The position numbers and the translations under genes are program-made. A model generated the notes under the pieces. That model worked only from the letters and a program-made list of their open reading frames with translations. It made no database searches and was not told where the DNA came from. Shown piece after piece: positions 1 through 9,193 of a stretch of 25,396 nucleotides of DNA. Position 1 is the first letter of the stretch; each line of letters starts with the position of its first letter. Source of the stretch: a virus; IMG/VR virus record IMGVR_UViG_3300042275_000783, positions 1 to 25,396 of that record; one strand, 5' to 3'.

Positions 1-3
1 CTC

Positions 4-1134
4 ATGAAATTGTTTGAAAATGCTTACTTAAATGAGCCTCTAACAAGAAAAGGTATTTTGAAAAGAAGCCATGATACTTTTGAAAGATGGATCACAATTA
101 TAACAGAAAACGAAGCAATAGAAGAAGCCTTTTATGAGCTCGAGGATAAAACAGACTTGAAAAATAAATTAATTGACCTGCTTAAAAACGCAATGATCTA
201 TGGCGTTGGTTACTTAGAGATAATCTTTGAAAACGATGATAGAAGAGCTGATGAAGAGCCTCCTAAAACGCCAATTATAGGGATTGAATTAATAGATCCA
301 AAAACAATTTATCCAGTTTACCAAACTGATCCAACAAAAGATAATTACGATGAAATACTTTATTATGAGCAAACAGTTAATAACCCAGCTGTTAAGCCAA
401 TCCAAATTCATAAGGATAGAATAATTGAGTTTAAATACGATACGCTAGGCGATGGAAAGAGACCAATAGGTGTTATAGAACCGATGCTGCATGTTATTGA
501 AAGTAAAATTGCGTTAGATAAAGCAAGCGGGAGAATACCAAAAAAGGTGATAAGCCAAATCGTTACTGCTATTTTGAAGGGAGACGTGACACAAACAGAA
601 TTAGACGAATGGGCGAGGGCGCTTGTTAAAATGGAAGATGTAGGTCGTTTCGTTACTCCCGAAATGGTAGAAGTGGATATTAAAGAGGGAGGAAAGGCTT
701 TAGATATTAAGCCTTATTCAGAGCATTTAATCTATCAGATAGCTGGGGGAGTAGGAGTTCCTTATACCGTTTTACTTGGATCAGGGCACGGAACATTAAG
801 CACAGCTGAAACTAATTTAAGAGATTATTATAGTGATCTAAAAGACATTCAAGTAAGATTTACACCGATAATTACGAGATTATTGGACTGGGAGCTTGAA
901 GCGAGAGGAATTAGCGGAGATTATGATATCGTATGGAACGAGATTTACGCTGATGAAAAGAGCGAAGCAGAGGTTTTAGCTACAAAAGCGAAGGCAATAG
1001 ACCTTCTTCTTATGAACGGAGTTATAAGCGTTAATGAAGCAAGAGAAATGTTAAACTTACCTCCAGTTAAAGAGGAAGAACTTTCTGCAAGGTTTGGGAC
1101 ACCAATAAGGAGAGGTAGGTATGCCGAAGGTTAG
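4..1134 (+). CDS. Portal protein (DUF1073/anti-CBASS-unrelated phage portal type); may begin upstream of the window
   Basis: First gene of the head module, directly before MuF. Portal-like segments LxKNAMIYGVGYLEI, QIAGGVGVPYTVLLG, YDIVWNEIY and GVISVNEAREML. Confidence 0.8.
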   Translation: MKLFENAYLNEPLTRKGILKRSHDTFERWITIITENEAIEEAFYELEDKTDLKNKLIDLLKNAMIYGVGYLEIIFENDDRRADEEPPKTPIIGIELIDPKTIYPVYQTDPTKDNYDEILYYEQTVNNPAVKPIQIHKDRIIEFKYDTLGDGKRPIGVIEPMLHVIESKIALDKASGRIPKKVISQIVTAILKGDVTQTELDEWARALVKMEDVGRFVTPEMVEVDIKEGGKALDIKPYSEHLIYQIAGGVGVPYTVLLGSGHGTLSTAETNLRDYYSDLKDIQVRFTPIITRLLDWELEARGISGDYDIVWNEIYADEKSEAEVLATKAKAIDLLLMNGVISVNEAREMLNLPPVKEEELSARFGTPIRRGRYAEG

Positions 1135-1879
1135 CCCAACAGAACTTGAATTCATTTTCAGATTGATTGAGAAATTATATGATGATCTGGTTAATGAGAC
1201 TTATGAAGGTAGTAAGCAATATGTTAGGGCTGCTTACGAAAAGGGCTTATCCAAAGGTAACGCAGACTTAAAAAAAGTTGGCTGGAGTTTTGATATACCA
1301 CCAGACCCAAACAGCATTGAATTCCTTGAAGGTTACCAGTTTGATTTAATCAAAGGTGTTGGAGAGGATGTTAAAAAAGAGATTAAGAGAGTAATAAGGG
1401 CTGGTATAATAGACGGTAAGAGCATGAGACAAATTGCAAAGGACTTAAGAGAGGCTGGCTTTACAAAAAAGAAATGGAGACTAAACACTATAGCAAGAAC
1501 AGAGACAATGAGAGCAGCAAACTATGGGAGATATGAAGCATGGACAAAGTCAGGAGTAGTAAAATACAAACAATGGCTTACAGCTTATGATGATAGGGTG
1601 TGTGCTGAATGTGAAGGCATGAATGGGGAAATTGTTGAACTTGATAAGCCTTTTTCGAGTGGGGATTTGATGCCACCTTTGCATCCTAACTGTAGGTGTA
1701 CGGCTATACCGGTTTTTGATAAAAGCAAGCTGCAAATCAAATCACAGCCGATCAAATTAAGCAGAAAAGAAGAAATTAATGTTAAAAGCATTGAGGCAAA
1801 GTATGCTGCTTTTTTGAGAACTCAATTTAAGAAAGGAATAAAACAAGCAATTGAGGTTTGGAGGCATTATGGGGCATGA
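1121..1879 (+). CDS. MuF / SPP1 gp7-like minor head protein
   Basis: RLNTIARTETMRAANYG, KQWLTAYDDRVCAECEGMNG and PPLHPNCRC motifs; located after the portal. Confidence 0.9.
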   Translation: MPKVSPTELEFIFRLIEKLYDDLVNETYEGSKQYVRAAYEKGLSKGNADLKKVGWSFDIPPDPNSIEFLEGYQFDLIKGVGEDVKKEIKRVIRAGIIDGKSMRQIAKDLREAGFTKKKWRLNTIARTETMRAANYGRYEAWTKSGVVKYKQWLTAYDDRVCAECEGMNGEIVELDKPFSSGDLMPPLHPNCRCTAIPVFDKSKLQIKSQPIKLSRKEEINVKSIEAKYAAFLRTQFKKGIKQAIEVWRHYGA

Positions 1880-2208
1880 CTGGTACTGGTATTTTCCTCG
1901 AGAATGCAGATGGTGTTGCTGAAAAATTGAAGAGATTACTTGATATGGATAAAAAGCTTGAAATAATTGCGTTAATGGTTGAAGCTGAAGCTAAAAAACT
2001 TTGCCCAGTCCGGACTGGGCGTTTAAGGGCTTCAATCCATGCTGGTAAAGAAAGAGAGAATGTGCATTATGTTGGTACTAATGTTCATTATGCTCCTTAC
2101 GTCGAGTTTGGAACAAGAAAAATGACTGCTAAACCATACTTGAGACCTGCTGTTAAAAAGGTGGTGGGGTATGTAAAGAGGTTAGGCGTCAAGTGGTGGT
2201 TAAAGTGA
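1876..2208 (+). CDS. HK97 gp10-like neck/tail-completion protein
   Basis: CPVRTGRLRASI, YAPYVEFGT and KPYLRPA motifs. Likely start is the ATG at 1876 overlapping the MuF stop (ATGA). Confidence 0.8.
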   Translation: MTGTGIFLENADGVAEKLKRLLDMDKKLEIIALMVEAEAKKLCPVRTGRLRASIHAGKERENVHYVGTNVHYAPYVEFGTRKMTAKPYLRPAVKKVVGYVKRLGVKWWLK

Positions 2209-2480
2209 ATGGAGAATATGAAAAAAACTTTGGTAAGATTTTTGAAAGGCTTAACAATCAAGAAAAGCTGTTGCAAGAAATAAGGGATGACCTAAGGGCA
2301 TTAGATAAGTTAAATGAAAGAGTTCTTAAGTTGGAGTTATGGGCTAAAACTCACGAAAAATATCACCTTGATATTAACCAGGAGGTAAGAATAAACAAAA
2401 CAACAATTCTTACAATTTTAAGCATTCTTGCAGCAGGTGGGCTTTTTGGGTATATTTTTAGACTAATCATAGGAGGTTGA
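2193..2480 (+). CDS. Coiled-coil protein with C-terminal transmembrane helix (XhlA/holin-like architecture)
   Basis: Heptad-rich N-terminus followed by the hydrophobic stretch TILTILSILAAGGLFGYIFRLII. Confidence 0.5.
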   Translation: MVVKVNGEYEKNFGKIFERLNNQEKLLQEIRDDLRALDKLNERVLKLELWAKTHEKYHLDINQEVRINKTTILTILSILAAGGLFGYIFRLIIGG

Positions 2481-3868
2481 AAATGACGAAAGAGAAATTA
2501 ACTTTGAAAATGGGGATTAATGAAGGAGAAATACAACAGCAAGGCAATATTGTTAAGTTACCTCTTTCAACTCTGCTTGTTGAAGGACAGCATAACGGTA
2601 TTTTATTTTTGAGGACCGAAATTGAAAAAGCAAAAGTACCAGATGTTTTCCCGCTAACTCTTAATCATTCACGTAACGTTGAAGATGAAGTTGGCTGGTG
2701 GGAAAAGCCCTTAATTGTGGAAGGGCAAATTAAAGCAATACCTGTTATTAATCTTGAAACTGCAAAAGGAAGTGCAGCATTAGGTTATGTAAAGAATAGG
2801 CTGATGGCTGGGCTTGTTCCTGAAGTTTCTGTTGAAGTTTGGGCTGATATTGACACAGACGAAAATGGAAACAGAATTGCAAAGAATTTGGAGATTGACA
2901 AGGCTTCTTTAGTCGATAGAGGAGCATGTAATCCAGAAAAAGGCTGCGGTATTGGTTTAAAGGGGGAGGTTGATATGGGTGTAGTACCTAACCATCCATG
3001 GAGATATGGTAAAGATGCTGAAAGCTCTTGGAGTAAGCCCAGATTAAGCGATTTTACGGATAAAAGCTGGGATGAGCTTTCAGATAAAGAAAAAAGAAGT
3101 ATTGCTGGTCATTTTGCATGGGCTGAAAAGATGCCACCGGAGAATTTTGGACAGTTAAAACTGCCACATCATGATCCAAAAAGTCATGCAGTTGTTTGGA
3201 ACGGAGTTAGAGCCGCAATGGCAGCATTAATGGGAGCAAGGGGAGGCGTTAATATCCCAGGTGTTGATAAAAAGAAAGTGTATACTCATCTTGCAGCTCA
3301 TTACAAAGAATTTGATAAGCAGCCCCCGGAAGTAAAATTCGATGAAGAAACTGGAGAAATACTTGATTTTAAGTTTTTTGAGGGGGAGGAGGGGTTATTT
3401 ATGGAAGATGAGGTTATTGAAGAAAAAGAAGAGGTTAAAGAAGAGCAGTTGCAAGAAGAAAAGCCTATTGAAGAACAGGAAAAGCAAAAAGAAGAATTTG
3501 ATGCTTATGCTCTCTGCAGAGAGGAGCTTGAAGCAATAATTAAAGAAAAAGAAGCAAAGATTGAAGAGTTAGAAGCAAAAGTTGAAGCTCTTTCAAAAGA
3601 GCTTGAAGAAAAAGAAAAGCTGCTTAATTCTTACATTGAGAAAGAGAAAGCAGAAATTATTGCAGAATTACAAAAGCTAAACCCAGAATTTGATCCAAGC
3701 GGCAAGAGCCTTGAAGAGCTAAAAATCATACATGAGTTTGCGAAAGGTGTTAAATTAAGGTCTGGGCGTAAAAGTTTGGTTTTTTCGCCAAAAGAAGACG
3801 AAAAATTGGAATATGAGGAAATTTTGAGGAAAAAGGTTAAGGAGTTTATGAGGAAGGAGGTTGATTGA
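2477..3868 (+). CDS. Prohead protease fused to an internal conserved domain and a C-terminal coiled-coil scaffold
   Basis: Protease-like His (LTLNHSR) and Ser (EVSVEV) motifs plus SLVDRGAC. Middle domain LPHH...GARGGVNIP...HLAAHY. E/K-rich coiled-coil tail. Lies just before the capsid gene. Confidence 0.8.
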   Translation: MKMTKEKLTLKMGINEGEIQQQGNIVKLPLSTLLVEGQHNGILFLRTEIEKAKVPDVFPLTLNHSRNVEDEVGWWEKPLIVEGQIKAIPVINLETAKGSAALGYVKNRLMAGLVPEVSVEVWADIDTDENGNRIAKNLEIDKASLVDRGACNPEKGCGIGLKGEVDMGVVPNHPWRYGKDAESSWSKPRLSDFTDKSWDELSDKEKRSIAGHFAWAEKMPPENFGQLKLPHHDPKSHAVVWNGVRAAMAALMGARGGVNIPGVDKKKVYTHLAAHYKEFDKQPPEVKFDEETGEILDFKFFEGEEGLFMEDEVIEEKEEVKEEQLQEEKPIEEQEKQKEEFDAYALCREELEAIIKEKEAKIEELEAKVEALSKELEEKEKLLNSYIEKEKAEIIAELQKLNPEFDPSGKSLEELKIIHEFAKGVKLRSGRKSLVFSPKEDEKLEYEEILRKKVKEFMRKEVD

Positions 3869-4812
3869 AAATGGTAGATGTTGTTAAACTACAAAAGGAG
3901 TTTGAAGAGCTTGCAAACACTACAACAACAGATATAAGCCCGATTATAAAGAGCGAGGTATTTAGCAAGCTAATAATCGAGGAAGCAACAAAGGGAAGAA
4001 AACTTGCAGGTGTAATTGCTGCAAGTCAAGAAGATTTAGGTAAGGGCGATGGAGACACAGTTAAGGTAAGGATCTTTCCAAAGATAGCTGTTGCCCAGGT
4101 TGCAGAAGGTGCTGCTAATGAAGCTGCTGCATATAAGCCTTTTGCATCAACTGTTACAATAAACAGATATAGCGTAACTGTCCCAGTTACAGCCCAGAGC
4201 CTTTATGAAGCATCTGTTGATCTTCAAGCACAGATTGTTTCAGCAATTGCAAAGGGCTGGGCTGATAAAATGGATGAAATAATAACACAAAAGCTTGATC
4301 TGGGTGCTGTAACTGGTACAAACTACACTCCAGCAGTAAAAGAAGTCCTTGCCACAGCGGGGGACTTTTCAGACTTTTATGCCAAACTTAAGAGAGTAGT
4401 TGATACTATGAGATACGAAAAAGGGCTTAGCCCAGACTACTTGATTATACCAAAGGAGATAAAAGCCCAGCTTCTTGCCGACTATGAGGACGGTACAAAG
4501 AGATACGTTATTGAAGTAGATGACAATGGAGAGCTTAAGAGCGTCTACGGGCTTAAGGTTATAGTTGCTCCTTTTGCATCTGCTGATGCAACACTCAATC
4601 AAGTGGTTGGAGTTGTGCTTGATAGTTCAGTTGCCTTTGTTGAAGCCAGAGGAATGGCAGCAAAGTTTGAAGAAAAGAGAGAGCCAGAATATGACCTCTA
4701 CAAAGAAGTATTTAATGCTTACTGGGGATGTGATGTTGTAAAAGCAGACCTCGACGGGGACGGCATAGCCGAAGCAATTGGCATTGGACAGATTGTAAAC
4801 CTGGAGGTCTGA
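3865..4812 (+). CDS. Major capsid protein, HK97 fold (start TTG 3865 or ATG 3871)
   Basis: 315 aa after the protease/scaffold; GDTVKVRIF and AKGWADKMDEIIT segments, YGLKVIV; followed by a T-rich terminator. Confidence 0.85.
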   Translation: MKMVDVVKLQKEFEELANTTTTDISPIIKSEVFSKLIIEEATKGRKLAGVIAASQEDLGKGDGDTVKVRIFPKIAVAQVAEGAANEAAAYKPFASTVTINRYSVTVPVTAQSLYEASVDLQAQIVSAIAKGWADKMDEIITQKLDLGAVTGTNYTPAVKEVLATAGDFSDFYAKLKRVVDTMRYEKGLSPDYLIIPKEIKAQLLADYEDGTKRYVIEVDDNGELKSVYGLKVIVAPFASADATLNQVVGVVLDSSVAFVEARGMAAKFEEKREPEYDLYKEVFNAYWGCDVVKADLDGDGIAEAIGIGQIVNLEV

Positions 4813-4848
4813 TGATCTTTCTTTTTTCTTAATTTAATTTATTTTTAA
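4813..4848 (+). terminator. Oligo-T terminator after the capsid gene
   Basis: tctttcttttttcttaatttaatttattttt directly after the stop codon. Confidence 0.6.
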
Positions 4849-4860
4849 GGAGGGACAGTA

Positions 4861-5463
4861 ATGCTTTATGGTAACATCATGAATGTAAGGGCTTTAACAG
4901 GACTTACTGAGAATGATGTGAGTAATGAGGATATTGTTGCAATTATGGAGATGGCAAACAGAATTGTGCTTAATACTATTCAAACAAAAGTTGTAAGAGA
5001 ACAAGCAAGGCAAATTGGAAGCGATAGGTTAGTTTATCAAACTAATTATTATCCAATTGCGGATACGGATGGAGATGGACAGGTTACTGCTAATGATGTT
5101 AAGGTTGAAGCCTTAAGTCCTTACGAAAGCTTTAATATGTGGAGAGAGCTAACGATTGACCAGATAAATGCGAAATACGGGTTAATTAAACTTGCTGAAG
5201 CTCCATCTGCTGCTGAGAGAGTGTTTATAACTTATGCTTTTATCCCAGACCTAACCACAAAAGAAGATATTGATGATGCTGTTAATTTGCTTACTGCTCA
5301 CATCCTAACTTTAAGGCTACAAAACCCGGACACAGTTGCGATAACTGATTTAGGGGCAAATGAGCTTATTGTTAAAAAGCAAGAAACAAAGTTTTACGAT
5401 TTATACAAATTGAAAATAAGGAGCATGATGGCTTTAAAGAGCTTTAGGAGTGTAGAAGTATGA
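4861..5463 (+). CDS. Head-tail adaptor/connector with an inserted beta domain
   Basis: Position after the capsid gene; helical N- and C-terminal parts (DAVNLLTAHILT) flank an insertion. Confidence 0.6.
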   Translation: MLYGNIMNVRALTGLTENDVSNEDIVAIMEMANRIVLNTIQTKVVREQARQIGSDRLVYQTNYYPIADTDGDGQVTANDVKVEALSPYESFNMWRELTIDQINAKYGLIKLAEAPSAAERVFITYAFIPDLTTKEDIDDAVNLLTAHILTLRLQNPDTVAITDLGANELIVKKQETKFYDLYKLKIRSMMALKSFRSVEV

Positions 5464-5891
5464 GCATTAAGGATGACCTCGTAACATTACTCTCTCAAAT
5501 AACGTATACTGATGCATTAGGGAACACAAAACAAGTTAATGTATATAAAGAAGAAGATGTTGTTGCTGGTAAGGTCAGGTTTAAAACACCTGCTTTAGTT
5601 GTTAGAGGCGTAAGAAACCTTACAGACCCAATTGATATTGGCTGGAACATTTATAATGAGCTAATTGAAATTGATGTTTCACTTTATACAAAAGTAAGAG
5701 CAGACGATTATGCAGCAGCTGCAGTTAAAGAAGAAATAACAAGCCAGTTTATTGATTTAATTAAAGCAAATAAAAATGGTATTGGAGGTTATGATTACCT
5801 TAAGCTCACTTCAATCACTGATAGAGATCATTTTGAGGAAGTTGGTATTTTAAGAAGAGATTTTAGTTTAGAAATGTATAAGGAGGGTTGA
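5460..5891 (+). CDS. Tail terminator / neck protein
   Basis: 143 aa directly before the tail tube; alpha/beta pattern ending in RRDFSLEMY. Confidence 0.55.
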   Translation: MSIKDDLVTLLSQITYTDALGNTKQVNVYKEEDVVAGKVRFKTPALVVRGVRNLTDPIDIGWNIYNELIEIDVSLYTKVRADDYAAAAVKEEITSQFIDLIKANKNGIGGYDYLKLTSITDRDHFEEVGILRRDFSLEMYKEG

Positions 5892-6808
5892 TTTTGGCAA
5901 ATCAATGGATTAAAATTGGTAATATCTCAAATGGCGGTGCATACATAGGACTTCTTGCAAAGGGAGATGGCTTAACAATTGAAAAAGACCTTTCGGAAGA
6001 GTATTACATACATTCAGTTCACCCACATGAAGTAAAAGATGCAAAAGTTGCAGCTGGTGGGGATATAACACTACCATTAAAGCCAGAGGATGGGCTTGAT
6101 GAACTCTTATATGCTTTCTTTGGGGAAGTGCAGACAACAGACAACCTTGATGGAACATACACACATAAGTTTACAGTAAAAGATAAGGATATACCTACTT
6201 TTGAGATTATCAAGCAAGTTGGGTCAATCCAGGAAAAGTATTCTGGGTGTAAGGTTAAGAGCATTGAAATTTCTGCTAATGCAAGTGGGGAGTTCGAGGT
6301 TACAGTTGAAGTTGTTGCGGCAAATGGGGAGCATGTTACAGGTGAAACTGAAGGTACTTACACTTATTCAAAAACCATGAAAATAACTTCCTCCTCGATC
6401 AAGTGGGGAGGAGTTGAATATGGAATTGGAGCTATAACACTTACACTTGAAAGAGATCTTGCAGAGGATGGCTTTTATCTAAACTCTGATGCTGGAAGAA
6501 GCATAATCCCAGAGGGCAACTTTAAAGCATCTGCAAAGTTAGATGTACTCGCTGATGACGTTATATTTATCCAAGACTTCATGGCTGGTACAAATAAATC
6601 ATTAACAGTAACCTTCCAAAATGCGGATGGGCATGTTTTGGAGATAGTTTTGCCTAACGCAATTATTGTTTCAAGGGAAAAGGCAACTGAAGTTGATAAA
6701 CAGCTTATTGTTGAAGATGTTGAAATTGTAGGACTTTATGATGCAACAGAACAGAGTTCTGCTTATGCTAACTTAACAAATACAATTGCTGCTTACCCAA
6801 GAACTTGA
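5888..6808 (+). CDS. Major tail tube protein (non-contractile)
   Basis: TYTHKF, PTFEIIKQVG and YSGCKVKSIEISA motifs typical of siphovirus tubes; no sheath gene nearby. Confidence 0.85.
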   Translation: MILANQWIKIGNISNGGAYIGLLAKGDGLTIEKDLSEEYYIHSVHPHEVKDAKVAAGGDITLPLKPEDGLDELLYAFFGEVQTTDNLDGTYTHKFTVKDKDIPTFEIIKQVGSIQEKYSGCKVKSIEISANASGEFEVTVEVVAANGEHVTGETEGTYTYSKTMKITSSSIKWGGVEYGIGAITLTLERDLAEDGFYLNSDAGRSIIPEGNFKASAKLDVLADDVIFIQDFMAGTNKSLTVTFQNADGHVLEIVLPNAIIVSREKATEVDKQLIVEDVEIVGLYDATEQSSAYANLTNTIAAYPRT

Positions 6809-6838
6809 TTTTGTTTCATTTTTATTAATTTTTTTATA
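6809..6838 (+). terminator. Oligo-T terminator after the tail tube gene
   Basis: ttttgtttcatttttattaattttttt after the stop codon. Confidence 0.55.
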
Positions 6839-6871
6839 AAGAAGTTGTTAAAAATTAGAAAGGTGGTTTAA

Positions 6872-7141
6872 ATGGAGATTGAAGTGAATGGGAAAAAATA
6901 TGTTGCAGTTGGGGTTTCAGGATATGAATTGCTTGTTTTTACTGAAAAGTACTTTGATGATAGAGGGGAAATGAGGAAGGATATTTCTAAAGCAGAAATG
7001 ATTGTTGATTTAATACACTTGATTTTTAAAGTTGATAAGGATGAAATTAAAAAGCTTAGATGGAGTGAGCTTAATAAACTGAATAATGCAGCGAGTGAAT
7101 ACTTAAACAAGCTCTTGCAAGGTGAGACCGAAAAAAATTAA
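6872..7141 (+). CDS. Tail assembly chaperone (gpG-like)
   Basis: Small ORF between tube and tape measure that ends on the slippery heptamer A AAA AAT (7132-7138). Confidence 0.75.
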   Translation: MEIEVNGKKYVAVGVSGYELLVFTEKYFDDRGEMRKDISKAEMIVDLIHLIFKVDKDEIKKLRWSELNKLNNAASEYLNKLLQGETEKN

Positions 7142-7362
7142 CTTTAATTGCGAAAAGACTTCTTAAAAATAAGCCTTTGCATTTTTTACCAAACAAGAAA
7201 GAAGCTTTTAACGTTTCATTAAAGCTCAATGCAATACTTATTGCCAAATATTTCAACATTTCCCCAATTGAGGTTTTAAACTGGTCTTATTCTGATATGT
7301 TGGAAATAATGAAGTTAATTGAGGTTATTCATGAAGTAGAAGGGGAAAAAGATGGTAAATGA
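7132..7362 (+). CDS. -1 frameshift extension of the tail chaperone (gpT-like part of gpGT)
   Basis: The -1 frame is open from 7132 to 7362 (KKLTLIAKRLLKNKPLHFLP...YFNISPIEVLNWSYSDM) and has no good independent start. Confidence 0.7.
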   Translation, partial: KKLTLIAKRLLKNKPLHFLPNKKEAFNVSLKLNAILIAKYFNISPIEVLNWSYSDMLEIMKLIEVIHEVEGEKDGK

Positions 7363-9193
7363 GACCTTAAAAGTTGTTATTGCTGCTGAGGATAAAGCAA
7401 GTTCAATAATTGAAAGCATAGGCAAAAGCCTTGCAAACTTAAAAACAACTGCTCTCCTTGCAGGTGCGGCATTAGGAGCATTGACACTTAAAAAGTCAAT
7501 TTCAGCTTTTACAGATTTTCAATCTGCATTAAAACAGTCTGTTGCAATAATGGGAGATGTTAGCAGAGAAATGGAAGATACACTTGCAAAAAAGGCTTTA
7601 GAGATTGCAAACTCAATGGCTGTAAGCCAAGAAGAAGTTGCAAGGGCTTATTACTACCTTGCAAGTGCTGGATTGTCTGCAAAAGAAATTTTAGAAAGCG
7701 TTACCGATGTTGCTAAACTTGCAGTTGCGGCTCATATGGATATGGCTGAAGCAACAGATATTGCAGTTAATACCATGAAAGCCTTTGGGTTTGAAGCAAA
7801 GGATATGGCAAAGATAAATGATATTTTAGTTGCAACAGTAACAAACTCCAACACTAACATGCAGCAGCTTGGGGAAGCCTTAAAATATGTCGCTCCATTT
7901 GCCCATCAAGTTGGATGGGAGTTAAGCGAGGTTTCAGCTGCAATAGGCATTCTTGCAGATAGAGGTATAAAGGGAAGTCAAGCAGGTGTTTATTTAAGAC
8001 AGGCTATTGCCCAGTTAATTGACCCAACAGACCAGGCAAAAGAGACTTTGAACAGGTTAGGGCTTTCACTTGAAGATGTAAACCCAGAATTGCATTCTTT
8101 ATCTGAAATATTACAAAAATTAAGCGATGCTGGGGCAACAACAAGTGATATAATGCAACTATTTGGAGTAAGGGCTGGATCTGCAATTGCTGTTTTAATG
8201 CAAGAAGGAGCACCAGCTTTACAACAATTTACAAACGAATTAGAGAAATCGGCTGGTATTACTGAGAAGGTAAGGCAAAAGCAAGAAGAAGCATTTGGAG
8301 AGCAGATGAAAATATTAAAGAATAACCTTGAAAGTCTTGCAATAACTGTTGGTTCTGTTGTTGTACCTGCTTTAAATTCATTATTACAACCTCTCATATC
8401 TCTTCTTCAACAAATAAACTCTCTCCCAGAACCAATACAAAAATTAATCGGTGTTATAGTTGCTTTAGGTTCAACTTTGATGATTGCTGCAGCTGCAGTT
8501 AAAATAATTAGCGGTGTTGCTGGGTTCTTAGGGCTTTCATCTGCAATTAGTACAGTAACAGGAGCTTTAAGTGGGTTAATCCCCGTTTTTACTGCAGTTG
8601 CTGGAGCGATAAGCCTTCCAGTTCTTGCGATAGCGGCATTAGGTGCTGCAATTGTTGGACTGATATTCAATATTGGGGGATTTAGAGATAAGGTAATTTC
8701 TGCATTAAAATATGTTGCTGAAGCTTTTAAATTTACTTTTACTGGCATAAAAGATCTTATAACTAATTTTGCTTCAACTATATGGCAACATGCTGTAGCT
8801 ATTGGATCATCAATTGTGAATGGTATAAAGCAAGGTTTAAGCAATTTGTGGGGGACACTTAAAAATGCATTAATAAGCCCAGTCGAGAATGCAATAAACT
8901 GGATTAAAGAAAAGCTAAAAATTGGAAGCCCATCCAAGGTTTTTGAAGAGATTGGAGAGAGTATTGTAGAGGGTTATGGTGAGGGCTTGAAGTTAGCAGA
9001 GAAAATTAAGCCAACTCTCCCAGCTCCAACCTTAAACCCAGTTGGTCCAACACCAGTTACAACAGCTGCTGCAAGACCTTACGCAAGTAACATAACAATA
9101 AGGCTTGAAGGTGTTGCAATTAGGGAGGATAAGGACATTGATAAGTTAGCTGATGAAATTGAAAAGAGGTTGGCGAGGAGGTTATCATGGTAA
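7352..9193 (+). CDS. Tape measure protein, TP901 family
   Basis: NTNMQQLGEALKYVAP and GILADRGIKGSQAG core, Ala/Gly/Ile-rich helices, SPSKVFEEIG near the C-terminus. Confidence 0.95.
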   Translation: MVNETLKVVIAAEDKASSIIESIGKSLANLKTTALLAGAALGALTLKKSISAFTDFQSALKQSVAIMGDVSREMEDTLAKKALEIANSMAVSQEEVARAYYYLASAGLSAKEILESVTDVAKLAVAAHMDMAEATDIAVNTMKAFGFEAKDMAKINDILVATVTNSNTNMQQLGEALKYVAPFAHQVGWELSEVSAAIGILADRGIKGSQAGVYLRQAIAQLIDPTDQAKETLNRLGLSLEDVNPELHSLSEILQKLSDAGATTSDIMQLFGVRAGSAIAVLMQEGAPALQQFTNELEKSAGITEKVRQKQEEAFGEQMKILKNNLESLAITVGSVVVPALNSLLQPLISLLQQINSLPEPIQKLIGVIVALGSTLMIAAAAVKIISGVAGFLGLSSAISTVTGALSGLIPVFTAVAGAISLPVLAIAALGAAIVGLIFNIGGFRDKVISALKYVAEAFKFTFTGIKDLITNFASTIWQHAVAIGSSIVNGIKQGLSNLWGTLKNALISPVENAINWIKEKLKIGSPSKVFEEIGESIVEGYGEGLKLAEKIKPTLPAPTLNPVGPTPVTTAAARPYASNITIRLEGVAIREDKDIDKLADEIEKRLARRLSW

